Positions 36,216 to 48,669 of a stretch of DNA of 64,000 nucleotides are shown piece after piece. This DNA is from Malacoraja senta (taxonomy: Eukaryota): the NCBI GenBank assembly GCA_038087875.1, contig CM075990.1:12650001-12714000 (forward strand), in the 5' to 3' direction. Position 1 is the first letter of the stretch, and each line of letters opens with the position of its first letter. The notes beneath the pieces are model-generated. The model was given only the letters and a program-made list of their open reading frames with translations, made no database searches and was not told the origin of the DNA. Both the position numbers and the translations under genes were made by a program.

Positions 36216-37625
36216 GTAAGTCCAGCGAGGGATCAACAAAGGTTCCACATACTGTGTCAGTATTGAGAGGTTAACGATGTCGGTGCAGAGTTTATTTGAG
36301 AAACAAGTGTCTAAATTAATAACACTGGAAGAACAGCTGTTTGTCCCTCTCCCAGTTTATAAGATATTCAGAGATTAGAGAGATTCCTTTATTTGTCATT
36401 CAGACCTTTCGGTCTGAACGAAATTTCGTTGCCTGCAGTCATACATATAATAATAAATAACAAAACACACAATAAACACAAATTAACATCCACCACAGTG
36501 AGTTCACCAGGCACCTCCTCACTGTGATGGAGGCAAAAGTCTTAAAGTCTCTGTCTCTTCCCATTTGTATTTTTCCTACCTGACAATTTTCTTCTTCTGT
36601 TGACCATACCTAGCAAGATTACGGTTATCATCATGAGAACCCTAGGAGTTTGAAAGAAAGCTTCTTCTGAAGTAACCCGGCCCATCTTAGCAAAATACAA
36701 CATCCAAAAGCATTCTGTGCTACTCACTAAAATGTAACACCTGGCCAATTGAGGTGTGAGATTACCAAAAGCTAAGTCAAAGCTTTGAAGTATGTAATAA
36801 AGGAGGGAAAAACAGGTGGGGAGCTAAATCTTAAAACGTCCATCCATGTTTTGCAAATTAACATTTCCTTCCCTATCTCTGTATGATTGTCTCAGTGTTT
36901 CAACACTTCTGTAACTGTGTGCATTAAAGAAGGTAGCAACAGAATTAGCATGGTGCCTACAAAGGAGAGAGAGTGGGGTGATGGATAGTGAGAGAGTGCA
37001 GTGAACTATATGATAAGAAGGGTCTCGACACAAAACGCCACCCATTCCTTCTACCCAGAGATGCTACCTGTCCCGCTGAGTTACTCCAACATTTGGTGTC
37101 TATCTTGAGTGTAAAATACTGGGGATGCAGGAAATCATTCCATCATTGGCAGTTAATATTATCAGATCTAGACCCCTTTCTCTTGACCCCTCTGGCTGGA
37201 GCCTCAGTGAGACCACACCTAAAGTAGCATTCATTTATGGTCAACTTATATAAGAGATCTGCCTCTTCTCCCCATCCAGCTATTGTTGGGCTGTCCATAT
37301 CCATGTTTTGATTAACTTGTTTTCTGTCCTCACAGTTGCTGCCCAACTTGTCTATTCTAAATAAATCCAGTTTGATTTCCTAGTAGGCACAGTATTTGCA
37401 TTCATAATTCATTGCTCTCTCTCTTCCACATTGCTGGATGGAAATTTGGTTGAACTTTGCAACCTCTTTCTGCAAATATTTGATACTTGGCCAATTAAAT
37501 TCATTTTAATAGTGATGGATTCTTGTTAGCCAAAATGATTAAGTGATATAAAACAGAGTTCGCTCTCATTGTCTTGACTATTTTTTCTGTATGAGGATCT
37601 CTCACTGCTAAATGTCTCGTTGCAG

Positions 37626-37755
37626 GGCAAACCCCGTTTGGCTCGATCCTTTCTGCAGGAACCTGGAGCTAGCGGCTCAGGCTGATCACGAGGATGACAT
37701 GCCGGAGAACCTCAGCGATATCACTGATCTCTGGAACAGCCCAGCCAGGACCCAT
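37626..37755 (+). CDS. CDH23: Cadherin-23 exon 66
   Basis: cag|GGCA...ACCCAT|gtacg, 130 nt; ANPVWLDPFCRNLELAAQADHEDDMPENLSDITDLWNSPARTH. Confidence 0.95.
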
Positions 37756-38893
37756 GTACGTTTCTATCTCTCTCTTCCACTGGCATATCTTTCACTATCC
37801 ATCAGCCCAGCAGTAGACTGACGCCTTGTGTAACACATTGACCAACAACCAAAACAAACTTAGTGAAGCAAGGAGCTAGACACTTGTTTACGGCAGTATA
37901 GCCACTTTAGCCGACAGATCAGAACTTCACTTAAAAATTTGATCCTTTGTTTATCTAAAAAGTCTATAATGTGGAAGGCATGACAAACAAACTCTCTCCA
38001 GAAGGATTTAGTTGGAAAAAAATAAGGTTTTAAATGGAATTTTGCCTTTCTTTTCCATAGTTAAAATAAGCTAATTCAAGGGAACAAGGCTCTAGTTAAT
38101 AGCATCCCAAGTGCTTCTTACCTACAAGTGCTGGCATCATGTAGAGAACCTTGGTAAAAAAGGGTATTTTCTTTGATGGAACCATGAGGATGTAAGCATC
38201 GACTACATTCCAATATTATTCTCCATTCTAAATACGGAGAGCACGAGAGATCCAGGAGCCTGTAGTTTCTACCTTCAGCTTGAGACCTCTCTGTGGAAGA
38301 CTCAAGTAAGGTTTATTGTACAGTGTGGTGCTGGTACAAGGAAAGACTTGCATGCAGCAGCATCAGAGCAGAGTTGGTGTTGTGTGGGTTTGCACAGTGA
38401 ATCATAACTGAAGGGTATTGGAATAGCTGGGGTTCTGTATGGAATCCTGATGTTAAGTCCAATAAGTGCTTGAAACATTAGTGATGTTGACAGTCAAAGC
38501 ACTGTGTGTGTCAGAACATCAAGTCCGGGGCAGCGAGTGTTGCTACCTTACAGCGCCAGAGACTTGGATTCAATCGTGACTACAGGTATTATTTGTGCGG
38601 AGTTTGCATTTTCTCCCAATCCAGTTTATTGTCACGTGTACCGAGGTACAGTGAAAAGCTTTGGCTGCATGCTGACCCGTCAGCGGAAAGACAATACATG
38701 ATAGCCATTTACAGTGTACAGATACATGATAAGGGAATAACATTTAGTGCCAGTAAAGTCCGATCAGTTTGGCCTCTGTAAATTGTACATAGTGAGTATA
38801 GAGCTAGTGTACACTGATCTGCAAGGACTCAGTGGGCCGAGAAGGGCCTACTTTCAACACTGTATAACCAAACCTCATTGTTTTCTTTTCCAG

Positions 38894-39016
38894 GGAACAT
38901 TTGGACGTGAACCTCCCGCATCTAAGCCGGAGGATGACGGCTACTTACGTGCAGCCATACAGGAGTACGACAGCATCACCAAACTAGGGCAGATCATGCG
39001 GGAAGGCCCAATTAAG
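38894..39016 (+). CDS. CDH23: Cadherin-23 exon 67
   Basis: cag|GGAACA...ATTAAG|gtaca, 123 nt; GTFGREPPASKPEDDGYLRAAIQEYDSITKLGQIMREGPIK. Confidence 0.95.
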
Positions 39017-39513
39017 GTACAGCTTTTTGCATTGTAATTGTAAGAATTCAAAAATGTTACAGTGTACTTAGGAACACAACTTGGGGAGCAGAAGGATCAG
39101 CAGGTTGCAGATCGAATAAAACCCCTTTTTGCTCTTTGAGGAAAAGTTTGGAAATGTAAGCAATAATGTGATTCCAAAGTGAGGAGAAAGCATGCAGGGT
39201 CAAACCTGATAGCAGTGACAATATACGTTACTTTGAAGCAGTGTTCCATGTAATGACCATGCAAAAGATGGCAGAAACAGGTTCAATACGTTTCAAAAGT
39301 GAATTGAATGATTTTTTAAAGGAACAAACTCTTACCTTCTATATATCTATTCAATTCTCAGATTATTTTAAAGCTATTTAAATGCTTTGATGTTTGTGGT
39401 GTTTAAAAGAGTTGAGAAGATCTGAAAACATTGATCTGCAATGGAGGCTACAGCAGTGAAATGGTAGCCAGTGTCCCAGCTCTGTGTTTTACCCTGCTGT
39501 GCATTACCTCAAG

Positions 39514-39624
39514 GGCTCCCTCTTGAAGGTGGTTCTGGATGACTACCTGCGGCTGAAGAAACTGTTTGCAGCTCGGCTGGCTTACAAATCTACCACCAGT
39601 GGGGATCGGTCGTCTGTGCTGGAG
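39514..39624 (+). CDS. CDH23: Cadherin-23 exon 68 (hair-cell cassette exon in mammals)
   Basis: aag|GGCTCC...CTGGAG|gtaca, 111 nt, phase 0-0; GSLLKVVLDDYLRLKKLFAARLAYKSTTSGDRSSVLE. Confidence 0.92.
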
Positions 39625-40713
39625 GTACACATGGTGTGGAACCAGCCACGTTTGCAGTGTGAAGTGTGGCTTGTCACTTTTGAAGGCTGGGCGTGTTGTG
39701 CATCTCTTCCGGTGTGATCATGATGAGTTTGAGAAGGGAACGGTGAACTATGGAGTGGTGGAGGAGAGAATGAGGAACTAATTTAAAGCTATTTCCCCCT
39801 CAGGTTGTATTGTGAACCTGCAGCTATCTCTGGTTTAATGCATAATTGCTATGCTAAAAACAAAACCGTCAAGGGGCAACACAGTGTTGGCTCAGACACG
39901 GGATCCATCCTGACCTTGGGTGCCGTCTGTATGGAGTTTGCACGTTCTGCATGACCGTGTGAGTTTCCTCCGGGTACTACAGTCTCCTCCCACATCCCAA
40001 AGGCATGCAGGTTATTGGCCTCTGTAAATCGCCCCACATGTGAACTTCACTATCTTTCTCACTAATATTTGAAAAAAAGAAGAGTTTACTGGAATCGGGT
40101 TCAATACAAACTTACCATAACCTCCTTCCTTTTCAAATTAACAAGTATTGAAATGTCGCTCCATTAATGGAGCAACCCAACAACCTTGCTCCACTTTTGT
40201 GTGGAGTCAGAGATGGTTTCCCTGCAAATTCCCTCCTCATTCTTTCCAAATCAAAAAGCCTACCATGAGTGTACTGAGTAAACATGGATTTCATGTGGAT
40301 CGAGCTTAGTGTGTTGGAATCAAAAACTTGCTTTGTGGAACCTCCTTGTTGGTCCTCTGTTGCTGGCCCCGATTTATCCTACTTTCTCTCACTTCCATTT
40401 TTTTCCCCTACTACAATCAGTCTGAAGAAGGATACCGACCCAAAACATCACATCCATTTTCTCCAGAGATAGACACAAAGTGCGAGAGTAACTCAGCGGA
40501 TCAGGCAGCATCTCTAGAGAAGAAGGATGGGTGATGTTTCGGGTCGGGACTCTTCTTCAAACTGCTCCAGAGATGCTGCCCGACCCACTGAATTACTGTA
40601 GCATATTGTGTCTACCTTTGGTACAGTTGTGTAGAAATGGTTGGTTTCTCAGTCCCGCTCCTATAAGCATCCTGATTAGACTCTAATGCCATTATTTCCT
40701 TACCTTCTTCCAG

Positions 40714-41037
40714 CTGATCCCCAGCGACATGGAGGACGATGACGAGAAGCCTCCCAGCCGAGGAACCCTGCGCTTCAAGCATCGCCACCCGGTGGAGTTG
40801 AAAGGGCCGGATGGAATCCACATGGTCCACGGCAGCACCGGCACCTTGCTGGCCTCCGACCTTAACAGCTTGCCGGAGGATGACCAGAAAGTCTTGGTCC
40901 GATCCCTGGAGACCCTGAACACAGAGTGCGGGAGCTACACAGACAGAAACACCAGGACTGAGTCTGCAAAGTCCACCCCATTGCACAAGATGAAAGAAAG
41001 GGTGAGGGACATCCCATTGGAAATCACAGAACTCTGA
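40714..41037 (+). CDS. CDH23: Cadherin-23 terminal coding exon 69
   Basis: cag|CTGATC...CTCTGA; LIPSDMEDD...VELKGPDGIHMVHGSTGTLLASDLNSLPEDDQK...PLEITEL* with C-terminal PDZ-binding ITEL. Confidence 0.96.
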   Translation: MIPSDMEDDDEKPPSRGTLRFKHRHPVELKGPDGIHMVHGSTGTLLASDLNSLPEDDQKVLVRSLETLNTECGSYTDRNTRTESAKSTPLHKMKERVRDIPLEITEL

Positions 41038-41613
41038 CAGCAGGGCCAGCCTGTGGTCGTCACCAATCTTTTACCACGAGTGACAGACTGGGGCTAAAGC
41101 CTTGCAGCAATATTCAGCTGCTATTGCAGTCAGGGGAAGCTGTACAAAAAGAGCGTTTACTACAAACAATCTCCACTGCCACTACCAGAAAGATATCGGC
41201 CCGATGCAAATTAAAAGCCTGAAGACGTACAGAATCATCAAGATGATTCAGTCTGGTGGAGCCCACCATGTGTAACCAGATGCCATCAGCTTGAACTCAA
41301 AGTGGTGTATGTGCGTGTGTACCCGCGTGTGTGAAAACCTGTTCTCCCACCCCCATTTGTAGTTTTAATTTCAATGGCTCAACTTGGTCAATGAGGACAC
41401 AAGGAGCAAAATCCAAGTTTCAAAGAGAAATAGTTGAATTTCTCAGCAAGCTCTGAGGGGGAGTTTTAAGTGTTTTGGGGAATGTGGGGGGGGGGGGGAG
41501 GGAGGGGGGGGGAGGATGTCCACTAGAAATCTCAGTTGCCAGTGTAAATCTGACAAGATCACTGACTACTAAGCAAGCTGTTCTAACATGCAGCGTACAA
41601 AAAAAAAACTGGA

Positions 41614-41624
41614 AATAAAATAAA
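41614..41624 (+). terminator. Candidate CDH23 polyadenylation signal (overlapping AATAAA pair; another near 41754)
   Basis: gaAATAAAATAAAagtg about 580 nt after the stop codon. Confidence 0.45.
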
Positions 41625-43331
41625 AGTGATCAACAAACTGTTGTGCTCTAACAGGCCGAGACCCCTTCCCTGGCCTGGCCGCAGCGGTACGGTTAGTTCT
41701 TCTCTTCAAAGTGGCTGGAGTTGGATCAAACTCCAGCTTTCTCAGAGCAACAAAATAAAGCACACTCACCTGAGCAGTGACGCCCACATCTGAAATACAA
41801 CAATTTGTCACTTCACAGAACAGGGGATACTCAATAGTGGCCAATCCACACCTTAAATCCCATTTGCCACCTTTTCAACTCCATTCAAGTATTTTTGTGA
41901 ACTGCATAAATACAAAATGCCTTCTTTGAAAGGCTGACAAAGAATACAGCGGGATCTATGGCAGATGGACTTTAATCCGAGCAAGTTTAAAGTTTGGATG
42001 GTTGAATGTAAGTGGAGAGTATAGAGTTAATGGCAGGACCATTAACAGCATTGATGCATTCCCAATACATTATAAACAGCAATACGTCGAGGGTCAATAC
42101 TGCCTTTAACTGATCCACAACTACTGGTTACAATTGCATAGGTCCAGCCACTTCCAATATAAACTTCCACTTATGCAAGATACTACCTATAAAGTAAACA
42201 ATGGTTTAACTAATTGATGGCTTCTCTGGAAATTAAGATGGGTGACATCAAGGAGATTCCATTATGCTGAAAACCCTGTCAATACGATATTCTTCGACAC
42301 GGCAAGACATGACATCCTATTCCTGAACATGTGTGTATTTTGTTAAGAGCACGGTTCTTAAACAAAAAGTTATTAAACAGTGATAAACGTGTACATTGGA
42401 CCACAGCTCTGTCCCCTGCAAAGGATTGTCTCTTGATGACAATTTCCCATACAGCATCTCTAGAAGCTTCGAAGTGTCAGGACACTAGGTGATATTGAAC
42501 CACGGTCCATGTTAGTCAGAGACACAACTTCTTGTCAAAAAAGAAAGATGTTTTAAGGGCTGAACGTTATTCTTCAGAAGCATGTGGGCTACATAACAGA
42601 TTTATTGGAACAGTAGACCACAGGCCCTTTGGCCTATTATGTCAGTGCCAGACATGGTCCAGGTTAAACTGATCTCATCTGCCTGCATGTGATCCATATT
42701 CCTATCCAAAAGCCTCTTAAACTCCACTATCATATCTGCCTCCATCACCACCCCTAACAACACATTCCAGGCACCCACCACTCTCTGTGCAAACAAACAT
42801 GTCCCGCACATTTCCTTTAAACATTGCCCTTAAAGCTCTGCACCACAGTAATTTCCTGATCTGTCTGTCTACCTCATCTATGTCTCTCATAATTTTATAT
42901 ACTTCTATCAGGTCTCCTCTCAGCCTCTAACGTTCCAGAGAAATTAATCCAAGTTTGTCCAAATGCTTCTTATAGCTAATACCCTCCAGCTCTGGGTGAG
43001 TCTGAAACAGTTTCTCAAGAACAATTAAACACAGCCAATAAATATCCCACAAGTATATTAAAGATTTGACACAAAACCCATCTTACTTACACTTTCTTTG
43101 GTAATCTTCCTCATGGAGCATTTCAGATCTATTTCCAATGGATGTTGCCCAATCAGTCTGCTTGCTCTGGAGAAATAAATGTTTTAGAACTGCAGATGCT
43201 GGAAAAATCAAAGTTAGAGAAAAATACTGGAGAAACTCAACAGGTGAGTTTCAGGTAGTCCTTGCTTTCTCCCCCCTTCCCAGCTCTCCCATTGTCTCCG
43301 CCTCTTCCTTTCTTCTTCCCACTCCCACATC

Positions 43332-43366
43332 AGTCTGAAGAAGGGTCTCGACCCGAAACGTCACCT
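43332..43366 (+). ncRNA. Putative minimal type I hammerhead ribozyme (PLE repeat)
   Basis: GT-CTGAAGA-A-GGGTC-TC-GACCC-GAAAC-GTC-AC: intact core boxes, stem II, GUC cleavage triplet ending at 43362. Confidence 0.68.
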
Positions 43367-45024
43367 ATTCCTTCGCTCCATAGATGCTGCCTCACCTGCT
43401 GAGTTTCTCCGGCATTTTTGTCTACCCTGAAGAAACAAATGATAATTTTTCAATGGTATTGCTTCCGTACTTAGAGCAGTATCGTGTACCCCACGATGAC
43501 AACCCACTTATTTATTTGCTGCAATCCAATCTAACCACTGTTAAAGAATGAAAGGGAAATTAAATAAACAATGCTGTTTACACTATAGGTCCTTGGCATG
43601 AAATGCCAATGAGTTTGAGCAGATTAAAACTGACGTGGTGATGTACATTGCTTAGCTGTGCAAATTACTTACAATTCAGCAATAATGAAAGACTGAATGC
43701 ATACATGTGTGTTATATATGTAGCACATGTGTTATATATGTAGCACCTGTCATTGTCACAGGTTGTCCAACAATGCTTTGTAGCCAATTAAGTACTTCTC
43801 AGTGTAGATGGTGCAGCCACCAGTTTGGGCACAGCAAGCTCTGAAAAATAGGATTATTATTGACATTCATTATTTCTGCTTCATGGGCATATTTGCCTTT
43901 GAATTTCCCACTGCATCTCAAGATAGTGCCACAGGATCATTTAAGCCGGTGAGAGGTCAGACAGTGGTTTCAGTTTAGTTCCGAGATACAGCGTTGAAGC
44001 AGCCCCTTCGGCCCACACCGACCTTGGCTTTAATATTCCTCATTATGCAGCATCACATCGTCCTGCCTCTTAAACCCACAGAATAGAACCTCACCACCAA
44101 TGCACCTATTAAACTGTGCTTGGTGCTGTTCCTTGCACAGCACGTGCCACATTCCCCTGCTGTGGACATTTCACACCTCTTCCCTCCACCAACACATCCA
44201 ACTTCCCATTCACACACTGTCTAGCTTGGCAGTGAGCCAATGATATTTACCTGCAGCTCAGGAGTTAAAGTAGATTTAACTTAATCCCCAGTTAACTCAG
44301 ATCTTACGAGTACAAAATGACCCTCAACTCTCTCGTCATCCCCAACTTATAAAATAAATATTTACGATGTGACACAGGCTCTCAAGTTAAAATCCTTTGA
44401 AGCCACCTTGTGGCGGCAGATGGTATTGTTGACTAGGCATGAGGTGCTGGAGTAAAAACTCAGCAGCATCGCTGGAGAACGTGGATAGGTGACTTTTCGG
44501 GTTGCGACCCTCCTTCAGTCTGATGACTAAGCGTTTAAAGCAGAAAGTCATTTGACCCAACAGATCTATGATTACACAAAAGCAAATCAATGTGGATTCA
44601 TGTAATCTGAAATAGAAACAGAATATGTTGAAAATACTCAGCAAATCAGGAATCATCAGGAGAATTAGCATTTAAAGTCAATGTTCTCATGGTCATTCAC
44701 CTGTAAACTCCATGCATAAGATCTGCACAAGACTCCGACCTGCACTCTACATGTCAATACATCACATTCCTTCCAGCTTGGTGCATGAACCATTATTGCT
44801 GACTGCTATTTCTATCTAATGCCAGAAAAAAAAGAACATTTCTTAATTCCACTTTCTCATATCGAGCAAGTTTACCATGGGCGATCGTGTTGCTACATCC
44901 TTGGGTTTGAGCAGCATTCAGGGGTCAGACACGTTAAAACAGTGCATCATCGTTATTGCAGATAAGACCTGCATATGTGAATACCTCTTTCATTGAAGGA
45001 AGATCCTTCACGAGAGCTTACTTT

Positions 45025-45310
45025 TTAGTTTTTAGTTTTAGAGATAAAACAGCGGAAACAGGGCCGAATGGCCTACTCCTGCACCCATTTTCTATGTTTC
45101 TATATTAAAACTATCCTACTAGCACACGAGACAATTTTTTAAAAACATTTTATAACCAAGCCAATTAACCTTCACGTCTTTGGAGTGTGGGAGGGAACCG
45201 CACGCAGGTCACGGAGAGAATGTACAATCTCCATACAGACAAGCACCCATGGTCAGGATCGAACCTGGGTCTCTGGCGCTGTAAGGCAGCAACTCTACTG
45301 CTGCACCACC
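45025..45310 (-). mobile_element. V-SINE (HE1-like) with short CR1-tail insert
   Basis: Same family, interrupted by GGCCGAATGGCCTACTCCTGCAC. Confidence 0.78.
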
Positions 45311-45699
45311 ACTTGATCATCCTTGAACAAAACTTCACCCAAGCATGCGCGATTTTATAAAATGCCAAACATTTCCAGAGATTAAAAGCAACAGAGCTGA
45401 AGGGGTGACCGCCAACAGTGGAGCGATGACAATCGGGGTTAAACTTGTGGCCAGAGTTGAAATCACTGGAAGGTCTGAGTAGCAGAATACGGGAAGACAA
45501 ATCTACAATTAACTCGCATTATCCTGGGACTCACAACTCGAACAAGTCACCTGTTTCTCTGGATCGCTTTCCCCCTCATTCATGAATTGCACGTCAATAG
45601 ACAATAGACAATATTGTCAGTGAACAATCACAGCAATGCATGGAAAGAAATTCCTGTCTAAATAAGGCGTTCTCAAACAATGAAAATAATTGACATTCA

Positions 45700-45705
45700 T
45701 TTATT
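45700..45705 (-). terminator. Candidate polyadenylation signal of the SCaMC-like gene
   Basis: plus-strand TTTATT = AATAAA on minus, about 130 nt past the stop codon. Confidence 0.45.
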
Positions 45706-45831
45706 TTTAAGCTTTTCTTTAAAATAAGTGCATTGAGCAATGAGGTATATGACTGAGTACAGAGTTCCAGTTGAACAAAATAAAAAATACCGCCATGTCC
45801 TGTTTTGGGAGCAGTGTCATGTCACGAGTCC

Positions 45832-46016
45832 TTAATGGGAGCGGAGACCCAGCGTGGTCTTGAGGTATTCGTACATGATGTAGCTGATGCACACAGATGG
45901 AATGGCTTTGATCATGTTGGCAGTGAATCCACGATAGAAGCCGGGCAAGCCATCGTTTGTCAGAATATTCCAGAAGTATTCCCGCAATCGTGGTTTTCTC
46001 ATTCCCTTTTCAATCA
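45832..46016 (-). CDS. SCaMC/APC-like mitochondrial carrier (SLC25A23/24/25 family), terminal exon (exon 10 equivalent)
   Basis: tag|TGATT...CATTAA, 185 nt; IEKGMRKPRLREYFWNILTNDGLPGFYRGFTANMIKAIPSVCISYIMYEYLKTTLGLRSH*. Confidence 0.9.
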
Positions 46017-47132
46017 CTAGCAGCAAAAATTTAAAAAAAAACAGTCCTTTCAGATTTCTCAAGAACAACGTCCCGGCTACCCAAGATGTAAGTTATTATT
46101 GGACATTGTGTATTGGAGCAAGGTGTTTAGTCAGAGGGTGGTGAATCTATGGAATTCACTGCCACAGAAGGCTGTGGAGGCCAAATCAATGGATATTTTT
46201 AAGGCAGAGATAGATGGGTTCTTGATTAGTACGGGTGTCAGGGGTTATGGGGAGAAGGCAGGAGAATGGGGTCGAGAGGGAAAGATAGATCAGCCATGAT
46301 TGAATGGCGGAGTAGACTTGATGAGCTGAATGGCCTATTTCTGCTCCTATCACTTGTGAACTTATAGAATAGAACATAATAGGAGCAGGTGTGGACCACT
46401 GGGTTTGTCAAGCTTGTCCGTCCATTCCATATGATCGTGGCTGATCTACACTGGCCTCAACCCCTCTCCTATACCACAAACCCATAGGTTTTAATGTTCC
46501 ATTTTTCAAACTCCGATCTACCTCCACCTTAAATACTTCTAATGATCATGGCAGTCTTGATCCTACCTACATTCACTGTTATTTTGTAAAGAATGTGTCC
46601 CCAATTCATTTTAAGAGTTGTGAGCACTCTGTGTGTCCATGGCACAGAGTGGAGGTCTGCCACTTTCCTGAGCGACTGCAGTCTTTGTGCTGGAGATATT
46701 CCAACAGTGCCGTCAGGTAGGGGCTCCAGCAGTTTGACCCGGTTACAATGAAGGACTGGCCAACCTATTTACAAATCACAACATACTGCACCTTGCAAAT
46801 CATAGCAAACAAGTACCTACGATCTTTACCCTCCTAAATCTGAGGGGCATTTGGGAGGATCGAGGCCACTCATGCACAATAGTGGGTGTGCATCAGTGCA
46901 AGGCGGTGGGAAAGTGTCACTAGACATTTATTATCCAGTTCCTGCAAATATCCTTGGAGGTCCCTGCCTCAGACATGAGCTAGACAAAATCCTACAGCTC
47001 TCACTGGGTACAAATGAATGGAGCTAGGCATTGTTATAGTACTGTGTCACAGTAGTCTGAGTAAATCACCTTGAGTTGGCCAGGCCTACACTACAATAAA
47101 CACTCACAATAGACACTTCCTTATGTATTGTG

Positions 47133-47660
47133 AAGGACATTATTGCCATAGAGGGAGTGCAGAGAAGGTTCACCAGACTGATTCCTGGGATGTCAGGACT
47201 GTCTTATGAAGAAAGACTGGATAGACTTGGTTTATACTCACTAGAATTTAGGAGATTGAGAGGGGATCTTATAGAAACTTACAAAATTCTTAAGGGGTTG
47301 GACAGGCTAGATGCAGGAAGATTGCTCCCGATGTTGGGGAAGTCCAGGACAAGGGGTCACAGCTTAAGGATAAGGGGGAAATCCTTTAAAACCGAGATGA
47401 GAAGAACTTTTTTCACACAGAGAGTGGTGAATCTCTGGAACTCTCTGCCACAGAGGGTAGTCGAGGCCAGTTCATTGGCTATATTTAAGAGGGAGCTAGA
47501 TGTGGCCCTTGTGGCTAAAGGGATCAGAGGGTATGGAGAGAAGGCAGGTACGGGATACTGAGTTGGATGATCAGCCATGATCATATTGAATGGCGGTGCA
47601 GGCTCGAAGGGCCGAATGGCCTACTCCTGCACCTAATTTCTATGTTTCTATGTTTCTATG
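47133..47660 (+). mobile_element. CR1 LINE 3' fragment
   Basis: ORF 47130-47561, near-identical to 34980-35465; (CTATGTTT)n tail. Further CR1 ends at 46124-46365, 55995-56218 and 57411-57690. Confidence 0.92.
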
Positions 47661-48669
47661 TATGACTGAAAGAGTCTCGACCCAAAACGTCAACTATTCC
47701 TTCTCTCCAGAGATGCTGCCTGTCCCGCTGAGTTAGTCCAGCGTTTTGCATCTATCTTCCTTATCTATGTATCTCCCTCTCCCCTGACATCAGTCCGAAG
47801 AAGGGTCTCGACCCAAAACGTCACCCATCCCTTCTCTCTCCAGAGATGCCTCCTGTCCAGCTGAAGTTACTCCAGCGTTAATTGTCCATTTACAATAAAA
47901 CCTGGCTTGTTGTGGATGCTTCTGTTTACTCTGAAAGGGGCGTCTATGGAGGTGACCATAGACACAGAGAGGCATTTCCACAGAAGAGTTTAAACTCCAG
48001 GATGAAAAAGAAAATCACAGCACTGGCATGCTGAGGGCCCACCAGTCACTGAGCACAGAGGGTGGTGATGTGTAAAGTGAGGGGCAAGCTTGAATAAAGG
48101 ATGTTGCATTTTAAATACGGTCATGGGCGATTGACGGGCAGTCCAGAGGTCTAAGATGAGGCATGTTGTTTCAACAGCTTATGAACTGTTGCAGATCTGG
48201 GAAGGTGAGAGACATCAAAATCAACAGCAAAATGGTGGATCAATAAACAACCAAAACTATTCCAAAGAAGGGCAGGAGAATACTCCACAGGATCTAAAAT
48301 GTTGGGATGACTGATGGACCTTTATGTCTTAACAAGGAGGTCAGTAGTAAAAGGAAATGGATTTAAGACAGGAGGACTCTGGGGATCTAGAACCATGTCA
48401 AAAGGGAAATGGAGATAGAAATTTGAAAATGATGTTAACAAAGGGCAAGATTGTCGACCTGGGGAAGTGGGACTTGGCTAAATATTTACCACTACCATGG
48501 GCACAATCGGTCTTATCTGGTGCCAGACAATTCTGTAAAACCTTCAATACTTAAAGAACGTGAAAGGCTCCTTTAGTTATGAAAGGTGCGGTCAACATGC
48601 AAACTTTTTCTTTTAGCAAACGGATGGTCAGGTTGAGATCCATGGCCTGTTGTTCCCAACTGCACTCAC

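Noticed and set aside
41038..45831. PSAP or another gene between the two stop codons
   Set aside because: No saposin-like or other recognisable exons; only UTR-like sequence and repeats.
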